NCBI GenBank assembly: GCA_011109175.1
Contig: RDEW01000089.1
Span: forward strand, 27,405 to 91,404
DNA from: Dicyema japonicum
Taxonomy: Eukaryota > Animalia > Dicyemida
DNA: 64,000 bases
Direction: 5' to 3'
In this document: positions 1 to 12,506 of the stretch, piece by piece
How the letters are laid out: every line of letters starts with the position of its first letter
Numbering within the stretch: the first letter of the stretch is position 1
Position numbers and translations under genes: made by a program
Notes under the pieces: model-generated
Told to the model about the DNA's origin: nothing
Seen by the model: the letters and a program-made list of their open reading frames with translations, nothing else
Database searches by the model: none

Positions 1-697
1 GTGGGATATAATTATCTTCATTTTCACGGTAAACAAAAATAGATAACCTGCACTTTACGGATTCCCACGGTTATTGATTACAGACAAAACTACAAGCTTT
101 TTCTTAAATGCACTGAAAATGAACAATTTTCAAGGAGACTAATGGATGAATTATTCGAGGAGGAAGATAAACTCCTAACACCAACTAAGTGCGTGATCGA
201 GGAGAGGATAGACTACTTTCTTTTCACATCTTGAAAAATTTAAAAACTTTAAAAATTTTGCTACGAAAATAATTGCTAGTTTGGTTCGACATTTGTGTGA
301 ACAACTTTTTTCATTTATGAAATTAACAAAATTGTTCAAAGAACAAGACTCACTGATGAAAATTTATCGGCTTTAATAAAAGTCGGGACTACACGAATAG
401 TTGAGCCCGACATATCAAAAATTGTATCCGAAAAAAGATGTCAATCCTCCGGAAGTTGCTCTAAGTTCAAAGAACAAGACTCACTGATGAAAATTTATCG
501 GCTTTAATAAAAGTCGGGACTACACGAATAGTTGAGCCCGACATATCAAAAATTGTATCCGAAAAAAGATGTCAATCCTCCGGAAGTTGCTCTAAGCACG
601 ATTAGAAGATGGTGGTTTTTCATTAAAGAAATAATCTTTCCTTGATTAAAAAATTATTATAAATGCGGCCCTCGAAACTAAATGAGTTTGACACCCG
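1..697 (+). mobile_element. hAT (SPIN/Buster, GTF2IRD2-like) transposon, 3' remnant
   Basis: Decayed C-terminal dimerisation-domain peptide (CEQLFSFMKL..RTRLTDENLSALIKV..EPDISKIV..KRCQ) followed by a hAT-like right end (GAGTTTGACACCC). Contains a 131-bp tandem duplication (334-464/465-596). Confidence 0.8.
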
Positions 698-969
698 GGG
701 GATAGAGGTTTTCATGATGAGAACCAAAGTTCGAAACATTCAGATAATACTCAACTAGGAGGTAGGGGAAACAGGCGAAATATTTAAGCCTAGTGGCAGG
801 ACTAAAAATACAGCACCCTCCATCTAACTCCTTATTTCTAATAAAATTTCATGATTCATGGTATTTTCAATTGAACTAAAACAATGCTTTTAAGTTATTA
901 AGAGTTACGCTGTTGGTAAGTTTTTTTTTAATAAAACGATTTACTTACAAAAATGAAAGATTTAGATAA

Positions 970-1830
970 TTAATCCATTGCAGATAGGATTGCGTATGTG
1001 TTTCCACGTGATATGGCAATCGATTCGTTGTCTTAGCCAGCAGTTCTTGCTTGCTAATTTCTGACCTAACAGCCTTACAGCAACTCAAGGCCCATTTTTA
1101 CTGTGATTGTCTGATAGTACGGGTTTTCCAATATTCGAAGGGATCTCTAATGTTCCTCCAAAGTTTTCTCTTCTCTTGTATCAGCTTCGTTCTTTTTTTA
1201 TGAAATATGGGGCAGTTCTTATAGTTGTGGGACTGCGGTTTTTTAAGGAACTCCTATTCAAAAAACATGTTTTAAAAACATTTTCTGAGCAGCATTTTTT
1301 TAAAGAATTTTTTCGAGCAGTCGTGGTTTTGATACCCCAGCGTCGGTCACAGACCATGCTTCTAAGCAAGTCGAGGATCAGAAAAGAAAAAAGTATTGAA
1401 GGATCATGTGTTTGTCCCATTTGCTGTTAANGTACCAGCTTCGTTCTTTTTTTATGAAATATGGGGCAGTTCTTGTAGTTGTGGGACTGCCGTTTTTTAA
1501 GGAACTCCTATTCAAAAAACATGTTTTAAAAACATTTTCTGAGCAGCATTTTTTTAAAAGAATTTTTTCGAGCAGTCGTGGTTTTGATACCCCAGCGTCG
1601 GTCACAGACCATGCTTCTAAGCAAGTCGAAGATCAGAAAAGAAAAAAGTACCGAAGGATCATGTGTTTGTCCCATTTGCTGTTAAAACTTCAGGAATCGT
1701 TGGGCCATAAGTGGACGACCAAGTCCGTCAAATCGGTTCAATGATCCAAAAGGTCACAAAAAATCTGCGTAAGATTGAAAGACTTCAAGAGCGTATCTCG
1801 ATGGCTTTTGTCAAGGAAGCAGCCAATCAA
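970..1830 (-). mobile_element. Highly decayed CRE-clade (RLE) non-LTR retrotransposon 3' remnant
   Basis: Minus strand ends in WLRQRI..IAISRGNTYAILSAMD*, matching the C-terminus of the clearer CRE copy at 45110-46720. The upstream part is too decayed to align confidently. Confidence 0.5.
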
Positions 1831-2137
1831 TATCCCTAAATTAATAATTCGTTAGTTTGCGTTAAAAAATTCTTAAATCACAGTAAAAACATCACCCATA
1901 TTGAGCTCCACTTGAGGAAGTTAACCGTTTGTCCCCAATCAATCTGTAGAAACAGTTCCAAACCACATCGAGTTCTCTTATACTTTGATGCCTCATTTCG
2001 TCTGTAGATCAATAGCAGGACAGGAGTTGTACTAAAACAACAACAAACTACTAATAGATGCCATACAATTCCCTGGTATGTGAAACGTGGGCTTGAGTCG
2101 ATGAAAGAAATATAAATGTATTACAAAAATTGTAAAA

Positions 2138-2857
2138 TCAGTCAGAAATATCCATAGACTCTTCAGACTCGGAAGAAGACTCGTCAGAATCACCCATCAG
2201 TACTTTACTGTCAGCAGATTGAGGTATTAGAAGATTCCACGTGTCCAACTTAAACAAATCAATGCTGTAAAAGTCCCCAAACATTTCTGAGTACTCATCA
2301 GAGTCATAAAACCCTAACAAGATTAGATAATCAAAAAACCGCCAAACAAATAAATCATTCCACTTTTACAGCACAGAGAAGAGTTAATTCGAGGGAGAGG
2401 ACTCACGACTGGCGATATTTGGGGGACAAACCGACGTTTCCTGCCAGCATCGATCACAGACAGGTCGTTGAGAATATCTGAGGTCTCCTTTCCTCTGAGT
2501 ATCAAAAATCAACCTCGTCTTTTTCAGAACAGTCCCTAGATCCTCCAAAAATGACAATTCTCCCAGTCCCGATACAACAGAAGCCGAAACCGGACCGTGG
2601 AAGAGACCGACAAGATCCTCCAACATCAACTCTGCTGAAGAGCGCCTTCAGAGATCCGTCTTCTACCAAAAATTAAAAAATCAAGTGCCTGACTTTGCAT
2701 TGTGATAGAGAATAAGTCATCGAGGACCACCCCGTTAGAAAATCCACCATAAATGAAAAACTGATCATCCCCAGCCGAGACAAAGGCCGACCCCGACCTC
2801 GGTGAGGGAATAATTCCATGAACTTCTACTTGGAGCCATGAATGGTGGATAATATCG
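2138..2857 (-). CDS. KLHDC4: Kelch-repeat protein, KLHDC4/Kel3-like, C-terminal part (5' part lost at contig join N2858)
   Basis: Spliced translation: SWLQVEVHGIIPSPRSGSAFV..FFIYGGFS..DDLF / LPRSGFGFCC..IVIFGG..ILNDLSVID / PLPRINSSLCCKSGMIYLFGGFY..GDFYSIDLFKLDTW plus an acidic tail. Frame is restored by GT-AG introns of ~26-31 nt (e.g. 2314-2339). Confidence 0.75.
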
Positions 2858-2858
2858 N

Positions 2859-3177
2859 GACTGTGAGTTGTAGAAAGTCCTCGAGTTGGGTTGAAAACTC
2901 ATCTGAGAGATTGGAAAGGTCCCCAACTTTGAAGGAAGGGATTACTGCTGGATACTCGGGAGGAATGGTAATCCAGATGGAAAAAGAAGCTGAAATTTAC
3001 TAATAAGGAGTACGTCGACCAGGGAATTCATTAATCCAGTTTTCGAACTCCAACGAGAATTTGTACTCAAGTGGGAACTCTGATAGTACTAACAGAGAAC
3101 TCCCCAAAATACAAACCTTCCATCTCGTCAATATAGATGCACTGAAGAGAGGCAAGCTCGTCCTGTTGTTCGTCCAT
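2859..3177 (-). CDS. RWD-domain protein (RWDD1/Gir2-like), N-terminal part
   Basis: MDEQQDELASLQCIYIDEME|VLSEFP...|SFSIWITIPPEYPAVIP carries the RWD EQxxELxxLxxIY and YPxxxP motifs. Two tiny introns (28 and 24 nt) keep the frame. Truncated at N2858. Confidence 0.75.
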
Positions 3178-3322
3178 ACAAGCTTAGATTGTAATTACTT
3201 TTATTTTTTATAATTTTAAAATTTATTACTTAATTTTCATTAATCTTTTATTTTAGAAGCTATTTTAAATATATAAGATTGAATTTGTAATTTAATTTTC
3301 GTCAACAATTCATTTTACTTTA

Positions 3323-6300
3323 GTGTGCGTCATGTGGTTTACCAATTCTGGTAGCGTCAGATATAGTCCTAAACTATATCTAAAAAAAATCATTTGCTTC
3401 CTACCAACCAGAGGACTTCCTACTGGACGGCATTCTCTCAATGTTGGAACATTTTATCGATTGAGACTGTTAACCTCAGGAGACGTGGATCAAAATCCAG
3501 GCCCAAAGAAGTTATCAATCCAGAGCGTAAACATAAACGGGACCAGAGGAAAGATTGCTGAACTTTCCTTATTTTTGGAGAGGAATAGAGTAGATATCTG
3601 CCGTCTCCAGGAAACGAAGCTTTCAGAAAACATTCCTACTCCTCTCTTTAATGGATGCAACACAATAAGATCTGACCGTCCATCTGGCCAAGGAGGGGGT
3701 CTACTGACTCTTGTAAGAAAAGGAATAAAATACCTTGAGAACCCTTCTCCTTACAAGAGTCTGATCGAAGACTCGAACACGGAGATAATTGGAATTTCTA
3801 TTATAATTTTTATTGGAAAAATTGAAATTGCGAATGTTTATGTTCCTCCTCCGGNAGAGTAGATATCTGCCTTCTCCAGGAAACGAAGCTTTCAGAAAAC
3901 ATTCCTACTCCTTTCTTTAATGGATACAACACAATAAGATCCGACCGTCCATCTTGCCAAGGAGGGGGTCTACTGACTCTTGTAAGAAAAGGAATAAAAT
4001 ACCTTGAGAACCCTTCTCCTTACAAGAGTCTGATCGAAGACTCAAACACGGAGCTAATTGGAATTTCTGTTATAATTTTTATTGGAAAAATTGAAATTGC
4101 GAATGTTTATGTTTCTCCTCCGGGCACCTGCAAGAAAAATTTCTGCTTTGATCTATCGACTTTGGACAAACTGGAGAACTTGCTTATATGTGGAGACCTG
4201 AATGCGAAGCACCCCTCTTGATTCCGCTACCAGGCCGCGATAACGGAGGAAATTTACTATTGTCCCAAATGCAAAACTTACTAATCATCAACAATCCGAA
4301 AAAACACTAGGACACCATACAACACGAAGGACATGGTGAGATCTCCGGACTTGTCAATCTGCTCGCCTCGTCCTTCCCCGATCATTAATTGGACGGTCCG
4401 TCATGACCTCCGGAGTGACCACCATTCAATGATAATGAAGTTGAACTGCGAGCCATGTTTTGGATCGAAGCCTATTCATTTTTTAGATTACAAAAATGCA
4501 AATTGGACTGACTTTGCAGATCTTGTTGATTCAAAACTGCAAGACTTCCACTCTGAAAATTTCTCCTCCATAGACGGAGCTGTATAGTATTTCAACAAAA
4601 CAATTATTGACGGGAGAAAACTTTTGTCAGAAAAGCATATATAAAAAAACGAAAAATTAAAATACGACTCAAAAACAAAGAAAATAATTATGGAAAGAAA
4701 CACCCTTAAGAGAATGACACATTGATCACGAGAGGTCATTAATTGAATCAAGGCACTAAACATTCTGATCACGAAAAACACAAATAACATCCGAAGGAAG
4801 AAACTCATGCGAATTTTTGATGCCGTGAATAATCAGACCTCAATTTCCAACANTTTTGTCAGAAAAGCATATATAAAAAACGAAAAATTAAAATACGACT
4901 CAAATACAAAGAAAATTATTATGGAAAGAAACACCCTTAAGAGAATGACACATTGATCACGAAAGGTCATTAATCGAATCAAGGCACTAAACATTCTGAT
5001 CACGAAAAACACAAATAACATCCGAAGGAAGAAACTCATGCGAATTTTTGATGCCATGAATAATCAGACCTCAATTTCCAACATGTGGAAGATGTTGAGG
5101 CGTCTGAAGAACCCAGAAAACAAAGATAACAAAGAACAACGCCAGCTCAATCTTAATAAATTTATGAAACATTGTATCCGAATCAGTGACATTCCTTATA
5201 AAAAGATTAACACACAACCGAAAATAAAGAGAAAGCCATCCAAAATGGCCCCTGGTCCTAAAACTTATTCACCCTTCTCTCCCACAACCTACATTCCAAC
5301 NTAATCAGACCTCAATTTCCAACATGTGGAAGATGTTGAGGCGTCTGAAGAACCCAGAAAACAAAGATAACAAAGAACAACGCCAGCTCAATCTGAATAA
5401 ATTTATGAAACATTGTATCCGAATCAGTCACATTCCTTATAAAAAATTAACACACAAACGAAAATAAAGAGAAAGCCATCCAAAATTGCTCCTGGTCCTA
5501 AAACTTATTCACCCTTCTCTCCCACAACCTACATTCCAACATCTTCAAGGAAGGATTATCAACAATCTCCTTCCTAACAACACTAATGAAGTTCATAACC
5601 GACACTAGAACAAGCCAAAACAGGAAAAATCGGTCATATGTACAATCGGCATTCAAAAAGCATTTGACTCTGTCCCAAGGAAGATCCTCATATAAAAATT
5701 ATTTTTGACAAAAATTGCTGCACCACATAAGTTATAGATAGCAAATTTCTTAAGTGGACCCCGAGGGAAAGTGTGCGTCGGAAACAAGAGTTCCAGATCA
5801 AGATTGTTACCAAATGGTGTACCCCAGGGATCTCCTTTGTCTCCAATCTTCTTTAATTTGTTTCTGAATGATCTTCCCGTTCCTATGAATAATAATGGCA
5901 TGCTACTTTCCTATGCCGATGACATAGTTGTCGCATCTAGGGACGTAAATGTCGAACATGCTAAAGAAAGACTACAGGGAATACTAAATAACATATATGG
6001 ATGGTTGTGCGAAAATCGATTAAATGCATGTTCCGGAAAGTCACCAATCACTCTATTCACTAAGAATAGAAAGATGGGAACGCAAATAAATGATGTCACG
6101 TTAAATTGAGTACCTACAACACAAAAGAATTCGCAGAAGATACTGGGTGTAACTTTTGATACTTCCCTCTGCTTCTCAGCCCATGTGGAATTCATCATAT
6201 CAACATGTGCAAATTAGATCAATTTTGTAAAAGCCCTTCTTTGGAACTGTGAAGGAATTTATCCACCAGGTGTCGGGACCCTCTACAAACAGTATATCGA

Positions 6301-6624
6301 GCCAACAATAGGCTATGCATGTGCTGTATGAGGATCTAACCTGGCGTCAACGAACCTAATAACAATTCAAGAAATCCAGTCAAAAGTAATCAATTTACTG
6401 GATAACTATACGGGTAAAGAAATTGCCCCCAGAACACTTGAGTCTATCATAGAGGCAACTGGAGGCAATTTCAAAAGAGGAAGGATAAAAGACCCCCGTC
6501 CGTATAGAAAATGTGTGTGGTCACGGACAGAACACCGAGAAAAGATGGCCCGAGATGCCGGGATCACCTGGATATTAGTAGTTAAGACAATGTTTCTTTG
6601 GCTAAAAAAATAATAATAATAATA
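3323..6624 (+). mobile_element. Ingi/I/Jockey-group LINE (2A-like motif, APE endonuclease, RT), degenerate
   Basis: LLTSGDVDQNPGP, then SVNINGT..LQETKL..GGGLLT..ICGDLNAKH..PDLS..SDHH (APE), then PNGVPQGSPLSP..SYADD (RT). Ends AGIT followed by a (TAA)n tail at 6611-6624. Many stops and frameshifts, plus assembly overlaps at the single Ns. Confidence 0.9.
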
Positions 6625-7029
6625 GGGGCTTATGTGAACGTCCAGCGCTTTCGGCTGGACGCTTAATGCAGTCGCCTCCTTCATGTTAGTCAGGTTGAGA
6701 TAACCAACTAAAACTCCTCTTAACCGGCAGTTTTCTTAATCCCCGATTTAAAAAACTAGTTCATTTTAATTTATTTAGAATATATATAGCGAATGTATTT
6801 ACCAAATGCACCGCTTGTCAAAAGAATAATTAAATTGGTTTACCAGCAGAAAACTTGATGATATAATTGAACAAATTGAATCAGGCAAACTAACATTCGA
6901 AGCATACAAAAATCTGAGCATTAATGACGCCATGATATATTTGAGCTAAGTTAGGAAAGAATTCTGCCCATGTACCATTTTTAAAAATTTTTTAAATAAA
7001 AAACAATTTATTACGTAACAAGACAATCA

Positions 7030-7225
7030 AAACAATTCAACTGATAGGATGGAATGGCTGTTTCCCCTGACCATTGCCAGAGAAATCCTTTGGAACAAAC
7101 ATTCGGTTTCCCGCCATTCATAACTAACTATCGAAATCATTGACCCAAGCGATCTTAGAAAAATGATCATCTTGGGGCCGAAGACTCCACTCGTCTCGAC
7201 AACAGCGGGCTGTACATGGAATCTT
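7030..7225 (-). mobile_element. CRE-clade LINE 3' fragment
   Basis: PAVVETSGVFGP..FLRSLG..RETECLFQRISLAMVRGNSHSIL, the RLE C-terminus. Confidence 0.75.
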
Positions 7226-7959
7226 ATGGAGAAGCCATTTTAAATGTTCTAATAATGCCAAATGCAATATGGACTCTCTAATAATGAACAACGTTGAGAA
7301 TTATAATGATTTTGCTTTATGCTCCAATTAATCAAATCTCATGATAGAAGATGATTTTTTGAAAATCGAATTTGGGGAGGAGATATTCTTAGAAAAAAAT
7401 TAAAATAGAAACGGCTGAATTGTCAAATTAAGGCAACTAATATGTGCCATGAAAAACTTGATAATTTTTTAAACCTTGTAAATATAGGGGAGGTCGAAGA
7501 GAAAGATGATACTAATGTGGTAACTAAGAAAGAATGTGATTCGGCTCTTCTAGCATTAAAAAAAATATTTTAAACAGCTTGAATGATTTAAATGGAATGG
7601 AGGGGTTAAATAAAATTTCAAAAAAATTGAAGAAAAGAAATTGGTTAATAACACACTCGCTAATTGGTTTTTCCTTTATCACTCCTTCTAACCACAGGTT
7701 TTTCGAATTTCCAAAATTGGCGGTTATGAGGATTCTTACTGTATCGTTCATACTGTGTTTTGGCAGGTACCCCCTTGAAGGAAACAAAATACTGGAACGC
7801 AGAACTTTTGAGATCAGCCTTTCAAAATTGTTGCTCCCGATGTCATTGTGCAACTCAGCTTAAAGAATGTCGTTGAGTTCCTATATAGATCAAGAGATTA
7901 TCATTAAAAAACATTCCCAAGAAAACATACAATTAGTTAAGTTTCCCTTGTCCCATATT

Positions 7960-8410
7960 CCCAATTATCTTCAGCCTCGACAATGATCTTCTGTTGCGCG
8001 TTCTTTTTAGTTGTCCAGGCCGAAATTAGTCTCATGCCAACCGCCGATAGGTCTTCATTCAAGATAGTTGGAAGTGTCGTTCTTGGCCTTTCAAGGAATC
8101 GGCTTCTGTGTATGGGAAGTTGTTGTCGATTGCAACATTTTCGGGGACCTGGTATTTAAACGTAACATGTGGCCAAAGAGGCTCCATCTTGATTTGAAAA
8201 TATCATCTGACAGCACTCCGGATTTTCATTTGTTATAAAGGTTTGCATTGAGAGATCTTCACGGGCAGTTTACCTTGATTACCGATTTGAGCTGAGCTCT
8301 GTGGGAAGAGCCAAACGATCAATTCCCGTTTAGGGATTCCCCAAGTCCCAGAGTTGTAGGTTAGTACGAGAAACAAAAACTTTGTGTATCTAAGCCTGGT
8401 GTTTCATCTT
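7960..8410 (-). mobile_element. RTE-clade LINE 3' fragment
   Basis: Decayed LTYNSGTW..SRWSLFGHML..RPRTTLPTIL motifs, homologous to the RTE copies at 18528 and 62113. Confidence 0.75.
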
Positions 8411-9419
8411 TTTTTATATCAAAGATAAGCTATTTATTGAAATTTTAAACTCAAAATAGTTACCTTAATAAAATTTAACAATTATAAAATTTTAATAAAT
8501 TTTATTTTAAAAATTAAAATTTTCTGGTTGCCTTAGTCATCATACATTTTGAACTTCAGTCGATCTTGTGGACGGCCGGTAGTTTGTTTTGTATGAGTCA
8601 CGATTAAATGTTCATAGAGGTCGTCAATTTTTCTCTTTTATTTAGCAACACCACAGAATGTACGAGTTATCTTAGCATTGAAATCGATTAACGGGATGTA
8701 GACGCCGGATAGTTAGGGAGGAAGTAATTATTTGAGTTGGGGGAAAGTCTAGACAACGAGGTGAGTCAAGGATTGAAAATGTCCACCAAATCTACCAGAT
8801 AATATTAAGAGCCAAGTTGTCTAATAAACTTAAAAACACGTTGTTAAGCGTCAAAAACAAAATTAGCAAGCAAGTCCAAAGATGGTCTTAAAATCTCCAA
8901 TTGTCATCTGTGATAAGGAACATCTCCCTTTTGTCGTTGTAGAATACAAAGTTTTCATGGGTGTTTCTTAGAGAGATTATATCCTTCATTTCAGAGCACT
9001 ATTCTCCCTTGGTCTACAAAGAGTGAGTTGATCTTACTTTTCACGTCCTTTAGTCATGGGGCACCACCTTTTGAATCTATCCATTGGACTGCCTGGGTCG
9101 TCAAGGAAGTACGTATGTGCATCAAAGTTACCTTCTTCCCCAGCTGAAGGGCTCTTTTATTCGGTCATTGGAACATTTCCCTAAAGTAATGATTTAAACC
9201 CAACAAACCATTTCTGACATTCCATCAGTATTACCGGCATTTATAGTCTCAGATGCCACGTTACTAAAACGCAAATTTATGCGTACAATTAAAGAACATA
9301 AAAGATTAGGAAAATCTTTTGGTTATAGGTTGACCTTGAGCGATTTTATGTGAATGATGACTTTAATATATTCTCCCTCATTTGCAAACAACATTGTTTT
9401 ACTTGAGGATTTTTAACAG

Positions 9420-9930
9420 CTTTAAAGAAAGTCAGATCCGTGAATAATCCTTTCTTACAGAAGAAGCGCTGGACGGTTAACGGAATTGTAATGCGATCCC
9501 TGGAGTCTGCTGGTTGCCCATCCATATTGGAAACCAACAGCCCTGGACAGGGAAGGCGGAAAGCGACTAGAGGGAATAAGAAATTTTCGTTCGAAAAGTG
9601 GAAACCGTTAAATGGGATTCAAATGTGTCGACTCGCTCCCCTCCACAATCATCATCGAGAATGTGATAAAGGCATTTTTGCCACAGAGAAAGCCGAGAAA
9701 ACAAGTACAAAGGACTCCTCGATCGATAACCTTCCTACGCGATTTTTGTCGAACCAACCGCAGCAATAAGTAACAAATCCCTGATTTTCCTAAAGAAATT
9801 CGGACGTATTGCCACGCTCAGAAGACACGATGACCGTGAAACGGAATGGCTCATCCAGTTGGTCTCCATAACAGTCCATAGGGGAAACGCCTCATCAATA
9901 AAGTCAACCGGAATAAAACAATTACTTTCT
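9420..9930 (+). mobile_element. CRE-clade LINE 3' fragment (RLE domain)
   Basis: VNGIVMRSLESAGCPSILE...WLIQLVSITVHRGNASSI. Confidence 0.8.
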
Positions 9931-10349
9931 AATTGTTCTCATTATTTTTACACAAAAAAATGTCAGGAATTTCATTTCAAAGTAAATGTACTAATAAAGT
10001 ATAACAGTGAGGTGTGTGGAGTATCTGGGAATATTCATCCCTATTTAATACTCTAAATTACACAAGGGTTCGATCAAAATACGAGCTTAGTGATCTGAAG
10101 GTTGAGGTGGTGACTAACTTAGTACCACTATGCCTACTTTTACTGAACTTCACGTCTTTATTTCTTGTGATGGCCCTGACTTACCGTTCCTTATTAATGG
10201 ACTTATGAGACATTATAAACCCGATGTTTGGCACAAAGTATCATCACACGGATCAATGTCTGGGTTACACACACAAACAACCACGTGGACTAAATAGAAC
10301 AACACAATCACAAGTCATTTAAATACAAAAATATCTGCAATATTAAACT

Positions 10350-11565
10350 TTACTCCATCTGAGCCACACGTTCCTTCTCCAAGTCGAACGTTGGTACAGG
10401 CAGATCCTCAACAGAAGGCATCAATAGCTCCTCCTTCATCAACTCATTATATTCTTCCTACACTTCCGAACATTAACTAACCAATCAAAGGTCTCAACGG
10501 ATTCCAACAGCTAAAATACAACCAAACCGCCCACATCTCTCCATTCATCCATAACCCCCGCCAATTCTTCCACATCCACACCATGTGACACATTTGATAG
10601 CAGAAGAGCTCTCAACAACTACAAATAACCTCAAATCTACAGCTCTGTCAAGCTCCTACTAGTCGTGGTGAGCCACAATGGACTCCAAATTGTCCATCAC
10701 ACCGTAAATCCATTCCATTCTGGCTATCATGCGTTTACTTCTGCTCATCATCCCCAGGTTCTTAAGTTTCCCTACCACATGCCCCCTCTCGATGATCTGA
10801 AAGTCAATCTAGTGTTACGAAACAAAGTACAAATACAACGATTCTGTGAGCTCCTTGCTTTCCAATGTCAGTTTGTTGCAAAGAGAGACACAGCTAACAT
10901 GTGAGCAGAAATCGTGAACCTGGAGACGGAATAATTCGATTATTCGATTGGGGAAAACTGATGTGTCTGAATGGTCCCTGAATTTCACGAAACTGCCGTG
11001 AGGGGCGGAGGAGTCGACTGAGCACAGCCCGGACTTACTAATGTTCGTCAAAACGGTAGAAAGTAACTCAGGGTCCAAATTAAAAAGAAATTCTCTTGCC
11101 AATTCCTCGCAAAAATACAGTTTCCTATCCTTTTCGTCAATAAATTCCATAATGAGTCGCTCCATCTCCTACATGTGATAAAAACAATCGACTTTGATCA
11201 CATCCATGTGGTTGAACTCAGTTTCTTTGTCCTCTCCGATAAACAGAGAAGACATTGAATGAATGAGACCAGTAGTATAACAGTTTAAGCCAGCCAAGTA
11301 AGAAGAAAGCAGTAAAATAGCACACGACCCACGTGGATTACCAAATAGTACTTTTCCAATTCAGAATGACATAGTCAATGCATGCTGGGGTACGTCCATT
11401 TGCCGCGAAATGACTTGAGATGGAAGAGACAGTAACTTTAGACTGTCTTAGATCTACTAGTCGCTGATGTATCTTCTCAGACCAATATTTGACCTTCGAA
11501 ATGGCGTCTTGTGGGTTTACTTTGCTTACTGGTTGATATAAGTTGAATAAATATGGATCGTTCAT
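10350..11565 (-). CDS. CHMP7: CHMP7-like ESCRT-II/III hybrid protein, intron-containing, possibly partly decayed
   Basis: N-terminus YLFNLYQPVSKVNPQDAISKVKYWSEKI..FAANGRTPACIDYVI resembles the CHMP7 winged-helix start (FLFSAF..VN..KMxFW..F.RKG..P..L..V). C-terminal region is Snf7-like and acidic (VDVEELAGVMDEW..EEYNELMKEE..LPVP). Tiny introns present; the middle is hard to keep in frame. Confidence 0.6.
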
Positions 11566-11723
11566 TCTAGATGATAGAATTCAACCTACCTAAGTTAAAT
11601 TTGAGTCTATTTAAAAAATAAATTTATTTTATATTAAACGATTTGTTATATTAATAAAATTTATTTATTGCCCCAAGATCACTGGATATTTTTTTTAAAT
11701 AATAACTTATTAAGAAATAAAAG

Positions 11724-12048
11724 TAGCCGCATGGCGCCATGTGGTGCTGCGTGGTTAATTGGTTGAAGTTTTCTGCTTGCTTGTCTGTTCCTCCTTTCTT
11801 CCTATTAGAGTGGCGTCATGTGATCCACCTGTTTAGGTGACGTCCAGTGCCAGGCCGGCACGAAAAAGGATCATTTGCTCTTCCCACTCCACTGGAGGGG
11901 TTTCCACAACTGCATGTAATGGACGTCTTACCCTTTATGCTGATTCCGGATGGACTCTGTTTCTGTAGTAGTGGAAACTGGATACACTTAATTAGTTAAT
12001 TACTTAACTTCTTTCTCGGTGTATCCGAGGTTAATAAATTAAATTAAA
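11724..12048 (+). mobile_element. Non-autonomous retroelement (SINE-like), copy 1
   Basis: ~320-bp sequence also found at 42109-42453 (+) and 46748-47043 (-), with an A/T-rich tail. Confidence 0.85.
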
Positions 12049-12049
12049 G

Positions 12050-12480
12050 GAATTTAAGTGAGTCAATAGTCACACAGCGGCCATTCCCTCTCAGGATGGC
12101 GAGCGAGATTCGCTCAAATAACCAGCAGCACTGATGGGGTCTCCTGATCGTGTAGAAATCTGATTCCCTACACGATTCAGGAATTCCAGCGTCGCAGACA
12201 CAAGGGAACCAGACGTCTCAACGGCGATTGGAACGAAAAAAAATCATTGGATAGGACCGTTTATTTTTTTTAGTTTCAACCAATCGGCCCATTCAGTGGC
12301 AGGACAGGCTCCAGAGGCACTCTGGAGTATGTTGCAATGGAACAAACGTGTCTGTGCAAGTGACGTTCCAGACAAGAAATTTAACAGCTTCAAAAGGGAA
12401 TGGATCAAACTTACTTTCCTTAAATAAAAACATTGTATTTGTTGAGATTAATGTATTTATCCCTGAAACGCCTCGCATTT
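12050..12480 (-). mobile_element. CRE-clade LINE 3' fragment
   Basis: FPFEAVKFLVWNVTCTDTF..VPIAVETSG..ERISLAILRGN. Confidence 0.8.
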
Positions 12481-12506
12481 TTTGAATTGCGTTTCATTGG
12501 TTAATA

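Noticed and set aside
2138-3177. Apparent RWD-Kelch fusion gene
   Set aside because: The two domains meet exactly at N2858, a gap of unknown size. They are most likely two neighbouring genes with the intervening sequence missing.
1180-5540. Apparent tandem duplications around single Ns (1431, 3855, 4853, 5301; also 24221 and 30028)
   Set aside because: Each repeat junction coincides with a lone N, typical of overlapping contig ends or haplotypes joined by a scaffolder. Treated as assembly artefacts.
8560-9300. Possible decayed host-gene fragments with tiny-intron-like segments (also 1850-2120, 14560-15010, 17050-18000, 43200-43900, 61190-62040)
   Set aside because: Composition looks coding, but no family could be recognised or kept in frame, so they are not reported as features.
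11815-11880. Hammerhead-like three-way junction in the SINE-like element (two hairpins followed by GAAA)
   Set aside because: Lacks the CUGANGA core and NUH geometry, the stems are not conserved in copies 2 and 3, and the segment is better explained as a LINE CCHC-coding remnant.
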